The notes: generated from the letters alone by a model not told the origin. Counted from the first letter of the whole stretch, positions 1-13,519 are shown. The stretch: DNA of 63,126 nt, filler included, from Hyphochytrium catenoides (GCA_900088475.1; 6 parts of 6 records of this genome joined end to end with filler, not necessarily neighbours in it), one strand, 5' to 3'. Numbers and translations: made by a program.

Positions 1-53
1 GCTGCTGTTGCTCCTCCTTGATGGACTGTTGGCGCTGAGGTTGTTGCCTCTGT

Positions 54-84
<31 letters not shown>

Positions 85-523
85 TGGCAGGGGACTGGCT
101 CTGGCTCTTCTGCTGCTGTTGCTCCTCCTTGATGGACTGTTGGCGCTGGGGTTGTTGCTTCTGTTGCAGCTGTTGCTGCTGTTGCTGCTGCTGCTTGGCA
201 GGGGACTGGCTCTGGCTCTTCTGCTGNNNNNNNNNNNNNNNNNNNNNNNNNNNNNNNNNNNNNNNNNNNNNNNNNNNNNNNNNNNNNNNGCTTCTGTTGC
301 TGCTGTTGTTGTTGTTGTTGTTGCTGCTTGGCAGGGGACTGGCTCTGACTCTTCTGCTGCTGTTGCTCCGCCTTGATGGACTGTTGGCGCTGAGGTTGTT
401 GCTGCTGTTGCTGCTGTTGCTGCTGCTGCTTGGCAGGGGATTGGCTCTGACTCTTCTGCTGCTGTTGTTCCTCCTTGATGGACTGTTGGCGCTGAGGTTG
501 TTGCTTCTGTTGCTGCTGTTGCT
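1..523. repeat. ~105-111 bp tandem repeat plus (CTG/TTG)n microsatellite (coding)
   Basis: ccttgatggactgttggcgctg recurs at ~16, 127, 371 and 473; assembly gaps fall inside the array. Confidence 0.85.
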
Positions 524-919
524 NNNNNNNNNNNNNNNNNNNNNNNNNNNNNNNNNNNNNNNNNNNNNNNNNNNNNNNNNNNNNNNNNNNNNNNNNNNNN
601 NNNNNNNNNNNNNNNNNNNNNNNNNNNNNNNNNNNNNNNNNNNNNNNNNNNNNNNNNNNNNNNNNNNNNNNNNNNNNNNNNNNNNNNNNNNNTGTTTGTC
701 CTCTTTTTGCTGCTGTTGCTTATTGGCAGGGGAGCCCGCTTGTTGCTGTTGCTTTTTAGCCGGAGAGGGGGACTGCTGCTGCTTTTCCTCCAGCTTTATA
801 GACTGCTTGCGCTGTTGTTGACCTTCCACTTGTGTCTTGGCAGGAGATTGGGGTTCCTGTTGTACTGCTTGCTTTTGTTGTTGCTGCTGTTGTTTCTGCT
901 GCTGCTGTTGCTGTTTCTG

Positions 920-954
<35 letters not shown>

Positions 955-1344
955 GCTGCTGTTGTTGCTGCTGCTGCTGCTGCTCTCGCTTCGGTGGTGA
1001 AGGAGGCATAAGGGGCTGCTTATTGGTCAGATTCACCTCAGTGGAATCCTGCAGACCAGCTTTGATGGCCTCATTAGCAGGCCTAAAACATCGGAGTCAG
1101 TACGTTGCAGCCAAGACAATATGCTCTTGAGGAAAAGCAAGGCTAGCACGATAAAGAAAAAGAAGGGCATGCGCTACCTTCACCTATACATAAACATTCC
1201 GCTATATAGACGAGAGGAGCATCCCAGTAAAGTTAAAAAGCAAGCCCAATCCATAGATGTAGAATGGTTTCAATGGAGAACAGCAAGGAACAGAAAAGTA
1301 TCTTACTTGCTAGGCTTGCCCGAAAAGATCTTGAAGATGTTCAT
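1..1344 (-). CDS. Gln-rich tandem-repeat protein, 3'-partial, 2 exons visible
   Basis: ATG 1344; exon1 1344-1307 (MNIFKIFSGKPS+AA); GTAAGA donor; TTTTAG acceptor with exon2 from 1082. Spliced product reads K-PANEAIKAGLQDSTEVNLTNKQPLMPPSPPKRE then polyQ and repeats QKQQPQRQQSIKEEQQQQKSQSQSPAK. Runs through N gaps to the window edge. Confidence 0.7.
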
Positions 1345-2288
1345 GGTTGTTGCTTTGCCTTAGCTGGTGATGGGAAGGCTTAGTGTAAGACGAAGCTGCT
1401 GACGGGATCAGAGTTGTTTGTCGCGCAGAGAAGATCACAAAGTGACGTTGCTCAAAAGTGAATCGTTGCAGAGCAACGGACAGAGCTTAGGCTTCTTGCT
1501 TCCCCTTCCTGTGTCCTCTCCTTCGGCTCGCTGTGTTTCTCTACATCGTCCTTAAGGCCTCAGAACCCCTTCTTCAGCCTCTTCCTCTCTCTTTTCCTCG
1601 AGATCATCCACGCCCTCGAAGGTGATGGTGTTCTCCTGGGAGGGAAGTATGAGCCAATGTCTAGAGGTAGATCCATAACCGCCAGCTGCCTCCTAGCAAA
1701 GTCAAAGAAACCAGAGGGACAAAGCCTCTAACTCATCAGTTTCCTAACGGCATGACTAGAGCGCAAGCTGGGCTATCGCACTGGACTGGCGACCAGGGAC
1801 GCCATAGCCTGGTCCGACTATCAGGGAAGCCTCAGAGCGAGGGCGACGGAGGAGACGAATGCGTGAGGCCGAGCTGCTGGTGAGTTCAGTGGCCGCGACA
1901 GAGCGCGACGTAACAACGGGTGATATGCGATTAGACAGAGCCATCATTGAGAGAGACAGGTACTACTACAGATGTAGGGACAGCAAATAGACAGAGTAAG
2001 TGATAGATAAGACCACGAAATTATGTAAGATTCAAACCTATTGAAGTATTCACGGAAGGTTTCAGCCAAAGGCATATTTATATAAAGGCTTTTAGGTCTT
2101 CGTTTGGAGGGTGTGAAGGACCTCTGAAAGGTTCGGGAATATTTCTGTCCGTTACACTAGTGTGGCTCACTTCTGACCATCGCTTACAAGACTTTATAAC
2201 CAGACGAGGAACAAACACTGCGAGATGCTCAGAAACTGCACTTTGAACCGAGGAACAAGGGATCAAGGGACCAGATAGAGACGACGAT

Positions 2289-2329
<41 letters not shown>

Positions 2330-2543
2330 CAAGGGGAAATAGATAGTTAACTAGGCACATGATGAGAAAGTCTGTTAGAGAAGAAAATGTGAGAGCTGAC
2401 ATTGAACCGTGAGGATGTGAGTAAAATGGATGGGGACAAAGTAAGAGGAGGAGTTGGAAGGAAGGAACATCTCGTCTTCTCTTGGAGCGACCCTATGAAC
2501 GTGGCGACTGCCATGTCAATCACCAGCTGCAATGGCTGAGAGA

Positions 2544-5500
2544 TCACTTCCGTCCTCTGCTACGGCCCAGCAATGCATGCTCATCAGACTCCTCCTCAGC
2601 TTCAGCCTCGGACTCTGACGTGGGTCGGCTGAGGGGAAAGTGAAGCGTGAGAGGGGGCGGAAGAAGTCATCAGGTCAATGAAAGTTGCGCGTAGTGTATA
2701 TTCTGGCTGTGAATAGCGAGGAAAAGGATAAGTGGAGGGAGTGGATATTTGGAGGATGGAAAGCTTCCAAGGACATAACCCTGTGGAAGCTGGTGACAAG
2801 AGCCATCGACCACTATCTTACCTCACAGACGGGCCAGATCTTGCAGCTCGACGGAGGTCAAGGGAGGGGCGAGCGCGTCGTCTCCGAGACGAGTAAGAGA
2901 ATGCAAATAGAGCCAGCATCACCAGCAACGTTAGGGCCAAGAACAGGCCCATATTGCTTACTTCTAGATCTTCCTCCTGCTCATTGAACAGAGCCTCCCC
3001 GCGAATTTGTGAGGGAGATGGAGAGGTAGTGAAAACTTCCTCCTTCTTCACCTCTATTTCAGACATAGATGACTCCTTTTGGGCTAAGAGAGTCGCAGTC
3101 GTGGGTGCGACATCTTTATCTGTAGACTTCTCTTTGTTGGAGACACCGTGTTCTTCACCTGCAGGCAGTGTAGTGACAGCGATAGGTATGTACGTCGCGT
3201 TTTGCCTTCTCTGTGTCCCCAGCGTGTATGCAAGGACATTTATCCGATAAATAGTAGCAGGATGAAGATCCATCAGGATGAGCGATGTCTCATCTCTGTC
3301 CGTACTTTTATATCTGACGCCTGTGTCAGATCGTGATGTCGTTGCAATTTCTAAGCCGCAGGAAGTATGAAAGACCGTGTGCGCCGGGACCTTTGCATCT
3401 TCTCCATAGAACACTTTATAGCGCACCGCGGAGCTTTGGGACTGGTTATCTTTTTTAGAGGTCAGGTGGGCAGGGGACCACGAGACTCTGAGAGTCGTAG
3501 GCGACAGAGGTTCGGCCAGGATTTCCTCTTTTGTTGGCGCAAGTACCGGTGTCTTAGACGTGAGAGCGTGGAGAAGAAATTCGCTTTCTTCGCTTTGTGT
3601 GTTCTCAACCGTAATGTAGAAGATGTCTATTGCATCCGGCAGAAAGAGGACAGGGAGAATGCCCCTCTTACGGTCCCCCAAGGCCTTGTAGTCATGGGAA
3701 CCTTTAGCAGAGGACGGGTTTCGAGGGTCTGAACAGTGGGACGCATTGAGCGCACAGGCGTAGAGGTCTACAGAGCCGAGACAGGGCTCTGCGAAGACTA
3801 TAATGTCTTCCTGTGCTCCTTCTTCCTCTTTACCACCTATGTCGCCGCCTACTGTCCTGTCATTCTCTTGCTCCTCAGCTCCGCCTAGAAACAGCTCAAA
3901 CTTGGTTGAAGCGTATGGTGACTCTCTATACCTTCCAAGTGAGCAGGGAAAGGCGGCGTTCTTCACACAGCTCTCAGAGATTATTTGATATCCAGCTGTG
4001 GAAGAGAGAGCAACAGAGAACTCACTGCTTCTGCCGCCATTCTCCTTCTCCTCTGTTAGATCTACCACCGTGAGGTAGACGAAACAATCGCCCGAAGAGA
4101 GAGAGCAGTTACCAAGCGAACCATCATGTGTACTGAATTGGAGAGAAGAGGAAGAAGAGCCTTCACTCGAAAGGTTGAGGACGAGGGAATAGTGCTCGTT
4201 ATTTGGGTAGTGGTCTGCCATTGTACAGTTCTTGGATGAACAAACAGAACCAAAGACGGTCAATCCTGCAGTAGAGATTGTGTGAGGGGTAAAGGAGAGA
4301 AGGTACTCTGCGCCCTCTGCTCCTGAGGGAAACTGCATCTCGAAGAAAGAAGCCTGCAGGAACCAGTGACAACTCTAGTTAGAGCAAGGAAAAGTCACGA
4401 TCAAAGGGACCGTCTGAGGAACAAGAAACTCCGTTGCCCCCTTATGTCGTGACTTCTGTGAAGCACACCCTACTCTACACCCAGCAGCGTCCACCGACAG
4501 TTCGACTCTCGTATGGATGGCGGCGATCACACGTCTTGCCGATCAGCTTCCACTCCATATATTCCGTTGATTGAGCCCTACCACTAATGCGGGCCGGTAT
4601 GTAACCTCTAGCAAACGCCCTTCCCAACAGCTAATCATGTCGTCTTCCTTGATCACCAATTGTCTGACCTGATAAACCTTCCATTCCTTGACGTCCGGTC
4701 CACACCTCCCTGTTTCAGCCTGCCTTTCCTTGCAGAACACCTCTGCGGTGGTCTGGAGTGAGAGCACAGATCCATCCACTAAGTGAACGTGCTGCCCATG
4801 AGTCGCCATCAGAATGTTGAAGATGCTGTCTTTATACCCAAACACGGATGCCACCAAATAGCTGTTCCTCACTTCAGATGCATCGCATCGCCTGCTGTTC
4901 GGCGCATTGACTGCGGTTAGGCACGGATCTTCAGTAAGAAGTTGTATCCTCTCCAATTGGCCTATTATAGGAGGAAGCGCACGTCAATAAGATGTATGTG
5001 GATGAGTGCCAGGGTTGTCGGAACTGTGAAGTCGGCAGAGCATAGGATTTGAGACAGAGAGAAGCAAGAGAGAAAGCGAATAAAAACAGGACCTGAGGGA
5101 AAGGCGTGGGTAAGCAGAAAACGGGCCATAGTGGAACCCTTTTAAAGTAAGAATGCATCAAAGTGTAGGGATGCTGATGTAGGTAGTCACAAGCGATGAA
5201 CTGAATAGAGGAGACGTGTAAACCAATCCGTCCCCACCTGCTCCCTTGGTACTTCTCCAGTCAAACTCTGAGCAATGAGCTCTCAACCCTGTCTCCAGAC
5301 GTACAGTTTCGTCGGCAAAATAACAGAGAGGAAGGTGGCTAGAGTCCGAAGGACCATAGGAAAGAAAGAGATCTGGATCTCCTGAAAGAGGGGTGACCGA
5401 CAGTGTAAGGCCCCCTACGTCTTCTGGAAAGGGGAAGTAGAAGTGGATTGTGCCTCCCTTCGGAACGTGGTGCTGAGGGGAAAGAACACCAGGCACCAAG

Positions 5501-8500
5501 AGAATGGCGCTACCTGCCGAAGAAGCTAACAGCGAGAAAGTGGACTTGCTGTGCTCTGCCAGATTCTTTACCGCGATTACATAGACAGGAGCATTCTCCT
5601 CCGGACCCTCAGATTCCTCCTTCTTTCCTGTGGGACTGCTATTGCTAGATGCCGGTATTACCACCCTTCCGCGGGCCCTTGTCCCTGAACGGGATGACCA
5701 AGTGAAGAAATGCTCGGTTGGGAGCTCTTGTTCCAAGTCATTTATATCGCATGGGATCTCCTTGTTACCGGGAAATAACGTGGAACGTTTTCCGTCTGCC
5801 CTGCTGCATCTCTCCCCACCAACAGCAAAGCACACGCCGTTATCTTGCTCCACTTCCTCGTTATCTCTTATCATGCCCCTTGAACAACCAGGAAGGTAAC
5901 CGTCATAGCCGTAAGGCCCTTGAGGACGGCAGAAGCAGGGATCAGCAGAAGACTCATCCCCTTTCTCCTTAATCACGAAGATCTCTACATCTCCATAAAG
6001 TGCCCGTACGGTAATGGAGATCTCTTTGTCCGCACCATTGGCTGGCTGAAAGGTGTACCACTTGTACTGTCCACCCTCTCCCCGTTCTCCCCAATGCACT
6101 GTTCCTCTTTCTTCGATTCCATCATGAAGGGACACCGTCCTCCCAGTAGAGAGCTGACTTTGAAGGCGGTAGGTCGTAGTCTGCTGTGCCTCGACGGCTA
6201 TGTAATAGACTGCGTTATCTTCCTCGTAATAGCAGGCCTTGGGGTCGCTGTGGGCGATGGTAACGTAGCCTCCTCTTCCTCCATTCTGGTGTCCGAGCTC
6301 CCAGTCATAGTTCTTCGATGAAGGTGCATTCAGTCTATGAGGGCGCGGATCATAGTCACACGCTACATAGAGAGAAGCCTCTCCTTTCTCTATGTGCAGA
6401 CGAAGAACGAGGTCTGCCTCATCGCTGGAAACAAGGACTTTGTAATAATCTTTCTGCCCTTTAGGTAGAGTTCTCCAGATGGCCTCGTTATGCTGAAGAG
6501 AGATTAGGGGATGAAGCGACGATAGAAGGAGAGTGACAGAAGAGTCTCGAATAGCTTTGATTTCTACGCGAAGCTCCCCTTCTTCCTGGCCGACAAGTGC
6601 CTGGTCTATACTATATTCCAGAAGCTGATCGAAGCCCGTTTTCCCTTCCCAAAGAGTGAGAGATAGATTACCCTCTCGTCTGAAGGATGAGACCGAGACC
6701 GCGAAGGAAGATGCCGAGGACCTCGGGAACACACTTAACGTGTAGTTCTGAAGCAAAAAGTTAAAGCAAGAACGAATATGATAAGAAGGTAGCAATGGAA
6801 TAAGAAGAAGCATAAACCTGAGCGGCAAGTACTTATGACTAACGGAGAAGGAAGGCGTGTAAACAGATGCAACTTCCAAGTCAAAAGTTGTAGCAGTTCA
6901 TTGTAAGCACTGTCAAGTGTACGCGTCCGGACTCTGCACTCACGATAGAGCGAAGATGTGGACTCCTATCAATAATGCGGAGAAGGTTTTCCTTTCAAAA
7001 AGCGGGACCACGAACGTACCTTGACACCTCTGGAGCCTTTAGGGAAAGTGAAGAGCCGACTGGACTTCCGCGGTAGCTGAAAAGAGAAAGGCCGGTCCAC
7101 TGCTATCATCAGGGGCTTCTCGACCTCAGTAATCACGATATCAAAGTCACAATGACCAGGAGCATATACAGACAAATATAGTACTGAGTGCTCCCCGGTG
7201 TTGAGCACTAGATGCTCACTCCCTCTAGATCTTGAAACGAAGGAGGAGGTGGAAGCATTCGATCGGGCCACCGAAAATGAGGCGTATAGGCTGGGATCAC
7301 CTTCAAAAGGACCAACATCAACCCTAACCTCTTTGTCTCCTACATCCTGCGGAATTCTCCAAGAGAAGTAAGCCCAACCGCCCCCTTCCTCTGAATCTGT
7401 TCCCTTGATCACCACCGAGCGGAGAACACCCAGAGTGAGGGGGATGTCCCTGCTAACCCCAAGAATGGTCCCGTCACAGTCCACATCAGCAAACCCAATG
7501 CGATGCTTCCTGCTATCGATCGTCACTAGCTGATTTTCATAGCTCGTGGTCCCCAGCACTGCCCTTTCTCTTTCTGTTGAACCAGTAAGAGGAAGACAGA
7601 AATCGCCTCCTTCTTCTCTATACAGAACCAGGTCAAGAGCAAAAATGATGTTACCCAGCTCAAAGGTAACAGAAGGAAGGTCAAGAATGGATGCCGCTTC
7701 TCTTGCATTAACTATCCCTGTCCCGTCAAAGCACTGCATCTTGCCTTCAGTCTCGCAGACTTCCTTTACGTCTGCCTTTCTTGCAGCTTGCTGGCATGTA
7801 GGGGTGTCCTGGCACTCTTTTTTGAAGGCTGTCATCACCTTATGACAGAGGGCAGAAGGAAGAATATTGATTCTTGAAGCGAGAGAAAGCTCCATAGAAA
7901 TAGGATTGGCCCCTAATAGTCCTTCACTTTCTCCCACATAAACCTCTGACAGGATAAACGTGAAGGGAGCCTGCTGTACATCGACAAGGTTGACATAGCT
8001 GAAAGGTGAAGTGGTCTTTTCTTGATCCGTGGAGCCCAAGATTAGTGAACCTCCTCCAGGATATAGGCAAAGGGCGAAGGCTGCCGTGGCGATGTGTCCT
8101 GGACAAGGGATAGGACAGAGAGAATGAGGAAGGATGACATGGGTGCAGGGAACGTAAAGATATCAAAGGAAAAGCCTAAGAACTCTATGGACAGGTGACC
8201 ACGATCGTCATTGGAAGAGGCGGAGGAGATGGCAAGGAGAAGAGATAAGCTGATAAAAGCGGGGATATAGACAGAAAGCTTAGCAAACTCAGTGAAGACA
8301 TCGTACCTTCATCCTCCATCTTGCGTAGCAAAGAGACTGGTCGGGGTGTCTTCACGCTTGACCATAACCCCAGTAGTCCGTACCTAAAGTTGGCCGTCTC
8401 CTCATCAGGAGCGAAAGAGGGCTGACAGCCCATCGTGATATTGAGATATGATCCCTTCCCCTTCACATCATCAGCCACAAAGATCTTTTCGTCGATAAAG

Positions 8501-9063
8501 TAACCGGCAGATGTGGATGAAGAAGAAGTTATAGAGAATGCCTCAGGAAGGTCTCGCAACCCATCAAGAAAAGAGCAGGAAGAGGACGAGGAGTCCTGGC
8601 AGTCAATGCACCAGCGAGCAGCGGCTGGACATGGGATTGGAGAATAGGAAGTTAGCGACGCCGCCTCCGTTGGATGCTGACAGTCAATGACGCTGACATT
8701 GCTGGAGAGCGAGACAAAGAAAGGTAGTGCGTCTGGCTGCTGGCTTAAGGAGAGATTGACATAATACCCATTTCCTTGCGTGACGGACTGCCCCTTCCAG
8801 TGGGTCAAGTGCCACTGCTTTGATTTTGGCTTATCCTCTCGAGAGCGAGCCGATTCCAGTAGGTCCAAAATAGACGGCTCTGTGCCTTCTGATGTTGAAG
8901 AAGAGGAAGAGGACACTGAGAGGGATCTCAGCCTAGGCAAGGAGGAGCCAGAAAATGCAGCGTGGGTGATCTGCATGGCTGCAGCGGATTTGCAGACTGC
9001 AGCTGGCACTCCAACCGTCAAAAAGACGCTGCAGAGGCGCAGCATAGCGTGCATGACTGCCAT
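2544..9063 (-). CDS. Multi-exon type-I membrane protein: signal peptide, inactive A1 (pepsin/TAXI-like) domain, PPC-like beta repeats, FN3-like domain, TM helix, short acidic tail
   Basis: Approximate exons 9063-8307, 8098-7020, 6747-~5220, ~4962-4667, ~4354-2820, 2628-2544; most junctions are in-frame GT-AG, the ~5220 donor is uncertain. A1 hallmarks: GYYVNLSL, YGLLGL, FALCLYPGGGSLILG, LPSVTFEL, FCL, AVLG, IDSRKHRIGFADVDC. Repeats GDPSLYAS/GEASLYVA/GDVEIFV/GDPDLFLS. FN3-like LRVSWSP...LHPATIYRINVLAY. TM GLFLALTLLVMLALFAF followed by RRRR. Confidence 0.8.
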
Positions 9064-9375
9064 CCTCCCTCCAACTTCAAGCTTCCCGGGATCCTTGCTG
9101 TCTCCTTCACCGCGTTAAGATCAGTGCATGCCAGGCACTGTCCAGCCCAACAGACCGGACTTCATCGTCGTGACTTGATGCCAGCTTAGCAATGGGTACC
9201 TAGGTGCCAATCTCCTTCGCGTGGGCCAGGCCTTAACTTCGTCAGTCCAGCTGTCAAGCTGCAGATGGCCAGGCAGCGGTCTGGGCGAGCTGATGGGCAG
9301 AGAGGATGCAGACAGCGCTTCGTGAGGGAAAAATAGAGATTCTCAAAAGCTCCTGTCATACGGATTCAGAATTAC

Positions 9376-9720
9376 ATACCATAATTTCGTACGGAAAGCA
9401 GATTGTACCAGGTATAATTACGAATATAGACCGAATTGTCTACTAGCCACAGGTACTTCCACATTCCTTCCCAATCCTTTGCCGCTTCATGGTTGCTAAG
9501 CTGATAGAAAAGGTCAATCAAACCCAAGAAAGCGCCGTCTGGGTCTTCTCTCCAGAGATCGAAAGGATGGATTCCTGTTCTGTCGGTTCTGAAGCTTCAG
9601 TGAACCGTCACAAGGCGGCGAAGCTGTCACCCATCAAACAATAACTACCTAGGAAGGTTCCTAGAGTTTGATGGTCCGTCCGCCGATCTGAGGCCTTCGC
9701 CTACTTCTGATGCCTGACGC
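9376..9720 (-). pseudogene. Possible decayed coding relic of unknown family
   Basis: One frame reads ...NLPR*LLFDG*QLRRLVTVH*SFRTDRTGIHPFDLWREDPDGAFLGLIDLFYQLSNHEAAKDWEGMWKYLWLVD..., protein-like and broken only by TAG/TGA. Confidence 0.3.
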
Positions 9721-10402
9721 AGAGCTCAGACAGGATTCTTTTCCAGATCGTAGCAGAGCCATTGTCCACTTCTGGCTTTTATAAAAGAGTCAACCAAGTT
9801 TTAAGAGTGCAGGATCCATTGTTACTGAGGAAGAAGGATTCTTGTCCCTTCTGAAGCCTGAGCCGTCATGGTGGAGCTGTCACTGACTCTATCTACAGAA
9901 AACTTGACCTCTGGTGGTTGTTGTTCGATGATAATCACCCCTCATCAAGTTGATTCGTAAAGTCTCCGGAGTGAGTCCAAGTCTAACTCAGACCTCACAG
10001 AGGATACTAGAAAGTGATATTGTTGTCCGGCCATCTTTGGCTGTCATGAAGCCTGGAAACGCGAAAGGATTTTAATTGTGACTGAAGTCATCATAGCACA
10101 TCTAGTCAACTCGTGACGCCCGTCTGCGATGTGGTGCAATTGCAGAGCTCTCTTTAGGTTACTCTTATCCCTCTCAAGTTTGTACCAAGGTATTCGCACG
10201 TACTTGGCAAAAAGTCTAAAGTCTTCTGGGTACGTTAAGTAGCCCGATGCAAGTTGTCCGTTGCAATGGATGCCTATCGCAAATCTGCCGTCGCCTCATG
10301 CTACTCTCTAAACTCAACCTCCACATGGAAGTTTATCTTGCACAGGTAACTGATGCAGGAGCGGATTGGCGCATACTCGCTTATCCCTGCGTCTAGTGGT
10401 CA

Positions 10403-13400
10403 TCAGCGCTTGGCATGTGTTGACGTTAATGAGACCTTAGTCCCTTGGATCTCTGCCTTTAACCCCATTTTGCGCATCTCTTCCGTTTCAACGACTTGGT
10501 TAGGCTGCAGCTCCTCGATGAAGGCCTAATTTAGGGGGAACGGGGCCCGAGAGAGTATGTGAGATGGGCTTTAAGACAGCGATGGCCACAGAACCTATCC
10601 CGAGGCGCCTTAGTGGCCCCAGGTGCATCCTTCCTGATACGCGGAGTGGAGGAGACTAACCGCTTTAAGATAAGACAAATAGGAATCCCAAAAGTGCACC
10701 TAGAGGCGGCAACAAGCGTGGAAAAGCCATACAAATGGGGGAGGAGGACAGGTAGCATGGACGATACAGAGGGTAATAGTCAAGCGCTGCAGCTCTTTTC
10801 CTCCTACCTGGTTCTTGGCATTAGCAAGGCAGAGATTCCTCACGCACATGATACCCCATTCCCTCAGCAGGGGACGATTCATATCCAACCGGCAGTGATT
10901 TAACACCACCGCCAGACCCTGCAAGTCCCTCACTCTATCCCTACACGAGGGATAGATGTGACAGAGGTTGGATATAACTCTCAGAGCTTGGACACAAGGG
11001 AGCTGACTTGGCGAGGAAGTTGACTCCCTTAACCCTGGCTCTGACTGATGTAAAACGCCTAGCATTTCTTCTAGCAGTGTTGATTGCACCTCTTCCTCTT
11101 CAAGGGCGGGACTGGGCTCCAATGTCATGTCGCCTGCGTTTGCATGTCAATCAGGATGAAGCCAAGCATGGTTGCGAAACCTCCCCCTTCTCGGTTCCTC
11201 AAGCACCTCCACAAACCCTTCCTATACCACTGGCGTGGCAGTCTCTCGCAAGCCAACAAAGTCGCACCGCACCCACCGGCTGGAGGTGCCTCAACTGAAG
11301 GCTACCCCTGCCAGCATGCAACCCGTCTCAGCTCTTCTTTCTCGATTGTCCCCAGCTAACCCTCTATCATCAATAGGAAGTTACCTAAGATATCCGTCGC
11401 TATAGTCAAAACATGAAGCTCCAGGGAAGTCCGCGCCTGATCCTTATCTTGGTCTCTCGCCGATGCGGAGGAGGGTTGAGATAAGGAAGCCATCGTCCTC
11501 TTGATTAGTTCCAAAAGAGCCAGAGAGATTCCATCCCTCACAGCTGGCACCAAGGCTGGACTTCCTATCTGACCAGGATCCTGCAACGGTCCTCCTGGGA
11601 GCCCCAGAAAAGCGAGGACCGAATATTGCCATATGAGTACCTTTGCGGAGGAACCATCAAGACAGGTATTGGGTCTAATGGTATCTGATACGACGGAACT
11701 GCTAGGTAGAGAGAGAGGCAGCACCACAGATAACATTTCAAGCAGCTTGCTTACCCGTAAGACGGGCAAGGACTCTGAGAGCTATCAGTTGCTGGGGGGT
11801 TGCGGCCCGCCACACTTCTCCTTCCGTCTCAGAAGGAGCTAAACTTGACAGCAGGGAGGGAAATAGCTGGCACTGAACGATCTTGGAGAGAAGTAGAAGA
11901 GTTCCCTCCAAAGCAGGGTCATCTTCTTCCTCCACGTCCTGGTCCCGCAGAGCTTCGTCTACTCCTTTATGTTCGGTAACGCATCGCTCGAGGAAGGTTC
12001 TTATAACGTTTTTTTCAACCAGCTAAGGGCAGAGGACATAAGCAGAACTCCAACAACCAGTCAAGTCCAGCTCATGGGTGGAGAACATTCCCTTCGCCCT
12101 TTCGCTGTCCGCTCACCAGGGCGTCTGCCATTGTGTTTGCTGAACCAAACTAATCCTGTCGTAACGCGTTTCCTTACTCTAGTCCGTTCCCGTGCTGCGA
12201 TATTGGTCCTTGTTCTGCTTCTCTCATGAAGCTCACAGGCCTTCTCTCCCCAGTTTACGTACCAGCTTGCCAACCGACGTCTCCTGAGCACTAGCTGTAC
12301 CCGAGTGCAGGGAGTTATATAGCACCATTGCTAGAACACCAATGAGCTTCCTGTCTCTAGTGGAGTTAAGCACAGTCTAGGGAAGGGCGTTAGTACTCTA
12401 ACCACCGTCTCTCACGCTGCCCCGTTTTACCCCTCAGCTATATTAGTGCCTCTCGCCATCTAGATGCTCAGCACTTTTTTCACTACCTCTCCGTGGCACA
12501 CCCTACTAAGGATTATTAGTACTCACACTCACCAGAAACATATCTGGAAATAACCTATCCATGGTATATTCTTTGTTTGCGGCATGGCCTGTGTGAAAGT
12601 TAGCCCAGCATTGCAGGCCGACAGTCGCCATAGTCAGAAGCTTCCTGAAGTTTGACAATACAAAGGTCAGAACACATCCCAGACGCCACGAGTGGGCCTG
12701 ACGGAGCTAGTTAAGAGCCCAAACGGAAGAAAGGAATCATGAACAGAGACGCCAAGGTCTCGGCCAGAGCGTAAACTGCTGGAATCCAAGAGTTTGCCTA
12801 CCTCCCTCCCTCGCTTTCCTCGTCAGAAAGTTGAACTGCCGCCTGAATAAGCTTGCATATCTAGAAGTCAGCGTGGTTAAATCCTTTCCTTCTTGGACAT
12901 GTATCAATCCCTCTCCACGCCATTAAAGTTATGTTATTCCTTCCAATTGCCTACTCTTGGGGTCCTTGCTGGTCTTACTTCTCTCAGGCTCTACGTTCAT
13001 AGTGCAGTCTTTCATCCTATATTACTCCTGGCGGTATAGATTGGGGTAGCCCCATGACAGGAAGACTCAAGGTACAAAATCCCCGTGTGCGATTACCTCT
13101 AGAATTGCTCCGTCCTCACGGAGGAAGTCCTGGACTTCTGGACATACCGCACAGAGGTTACGCAGCGCACGAAGGAGTCCCGCAACCCCATCGACAGCTT
13201 CATAAAATGTGTTTGAAGGACTTCTCTGCGCGTGCGAAGAGCTCTTGCGGTCTGAGTCTATGCTATAAACCATCAGCTGGTCGTCCAACTCTTTCATCAC
13301 AACTTTCTCCAAGATTCTGAAAACCTTTAAGAGGCCTTTCCAGATCTCCACATTTTGGGACAAGTCTGACTTTGGGCATGTTCGACAAAGAAACAGCACA

Positions 13401-13519
13401 CGCCGGACCACTTCCTGGAGCTGCCCATCAGGTCCGAGAACAGCGGTGTCCGTCCCCCGCTCAAGTTGTTCGACACAGTGCTGCAGCCGGGCACACAACT
13501 CTGTAATCTGTTCGGCCAT
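10403..13519 (-). CDS. ATXN10: Ataxin-10 family ARM-repeat protein (multi-exon)
   Basis: C-terminal signature VRDLQGLAVVLNHCRLDMNRPLLREWGIMCVRNLCLANAKNQ, CAG|GTAGGA donor, last exon 10525-10403 AFIEELQPNQVVETEEMRKMGLKAEI...*. N-terminal LLRALRNLCA. Middle exons not fully resolved. Confidence 0.85.

Noticed and set aside
8-1130. Plus-strand poly-Leu/poly-Cys ORFs
   Set aside because: Antisense shadows of the minus-strand polyQ gene.
2015-9391. 11-bp inverted match acgaaattatg flanking the pseudo-protease gene
   Set aside because: Too short, does not extend, and no TSD.
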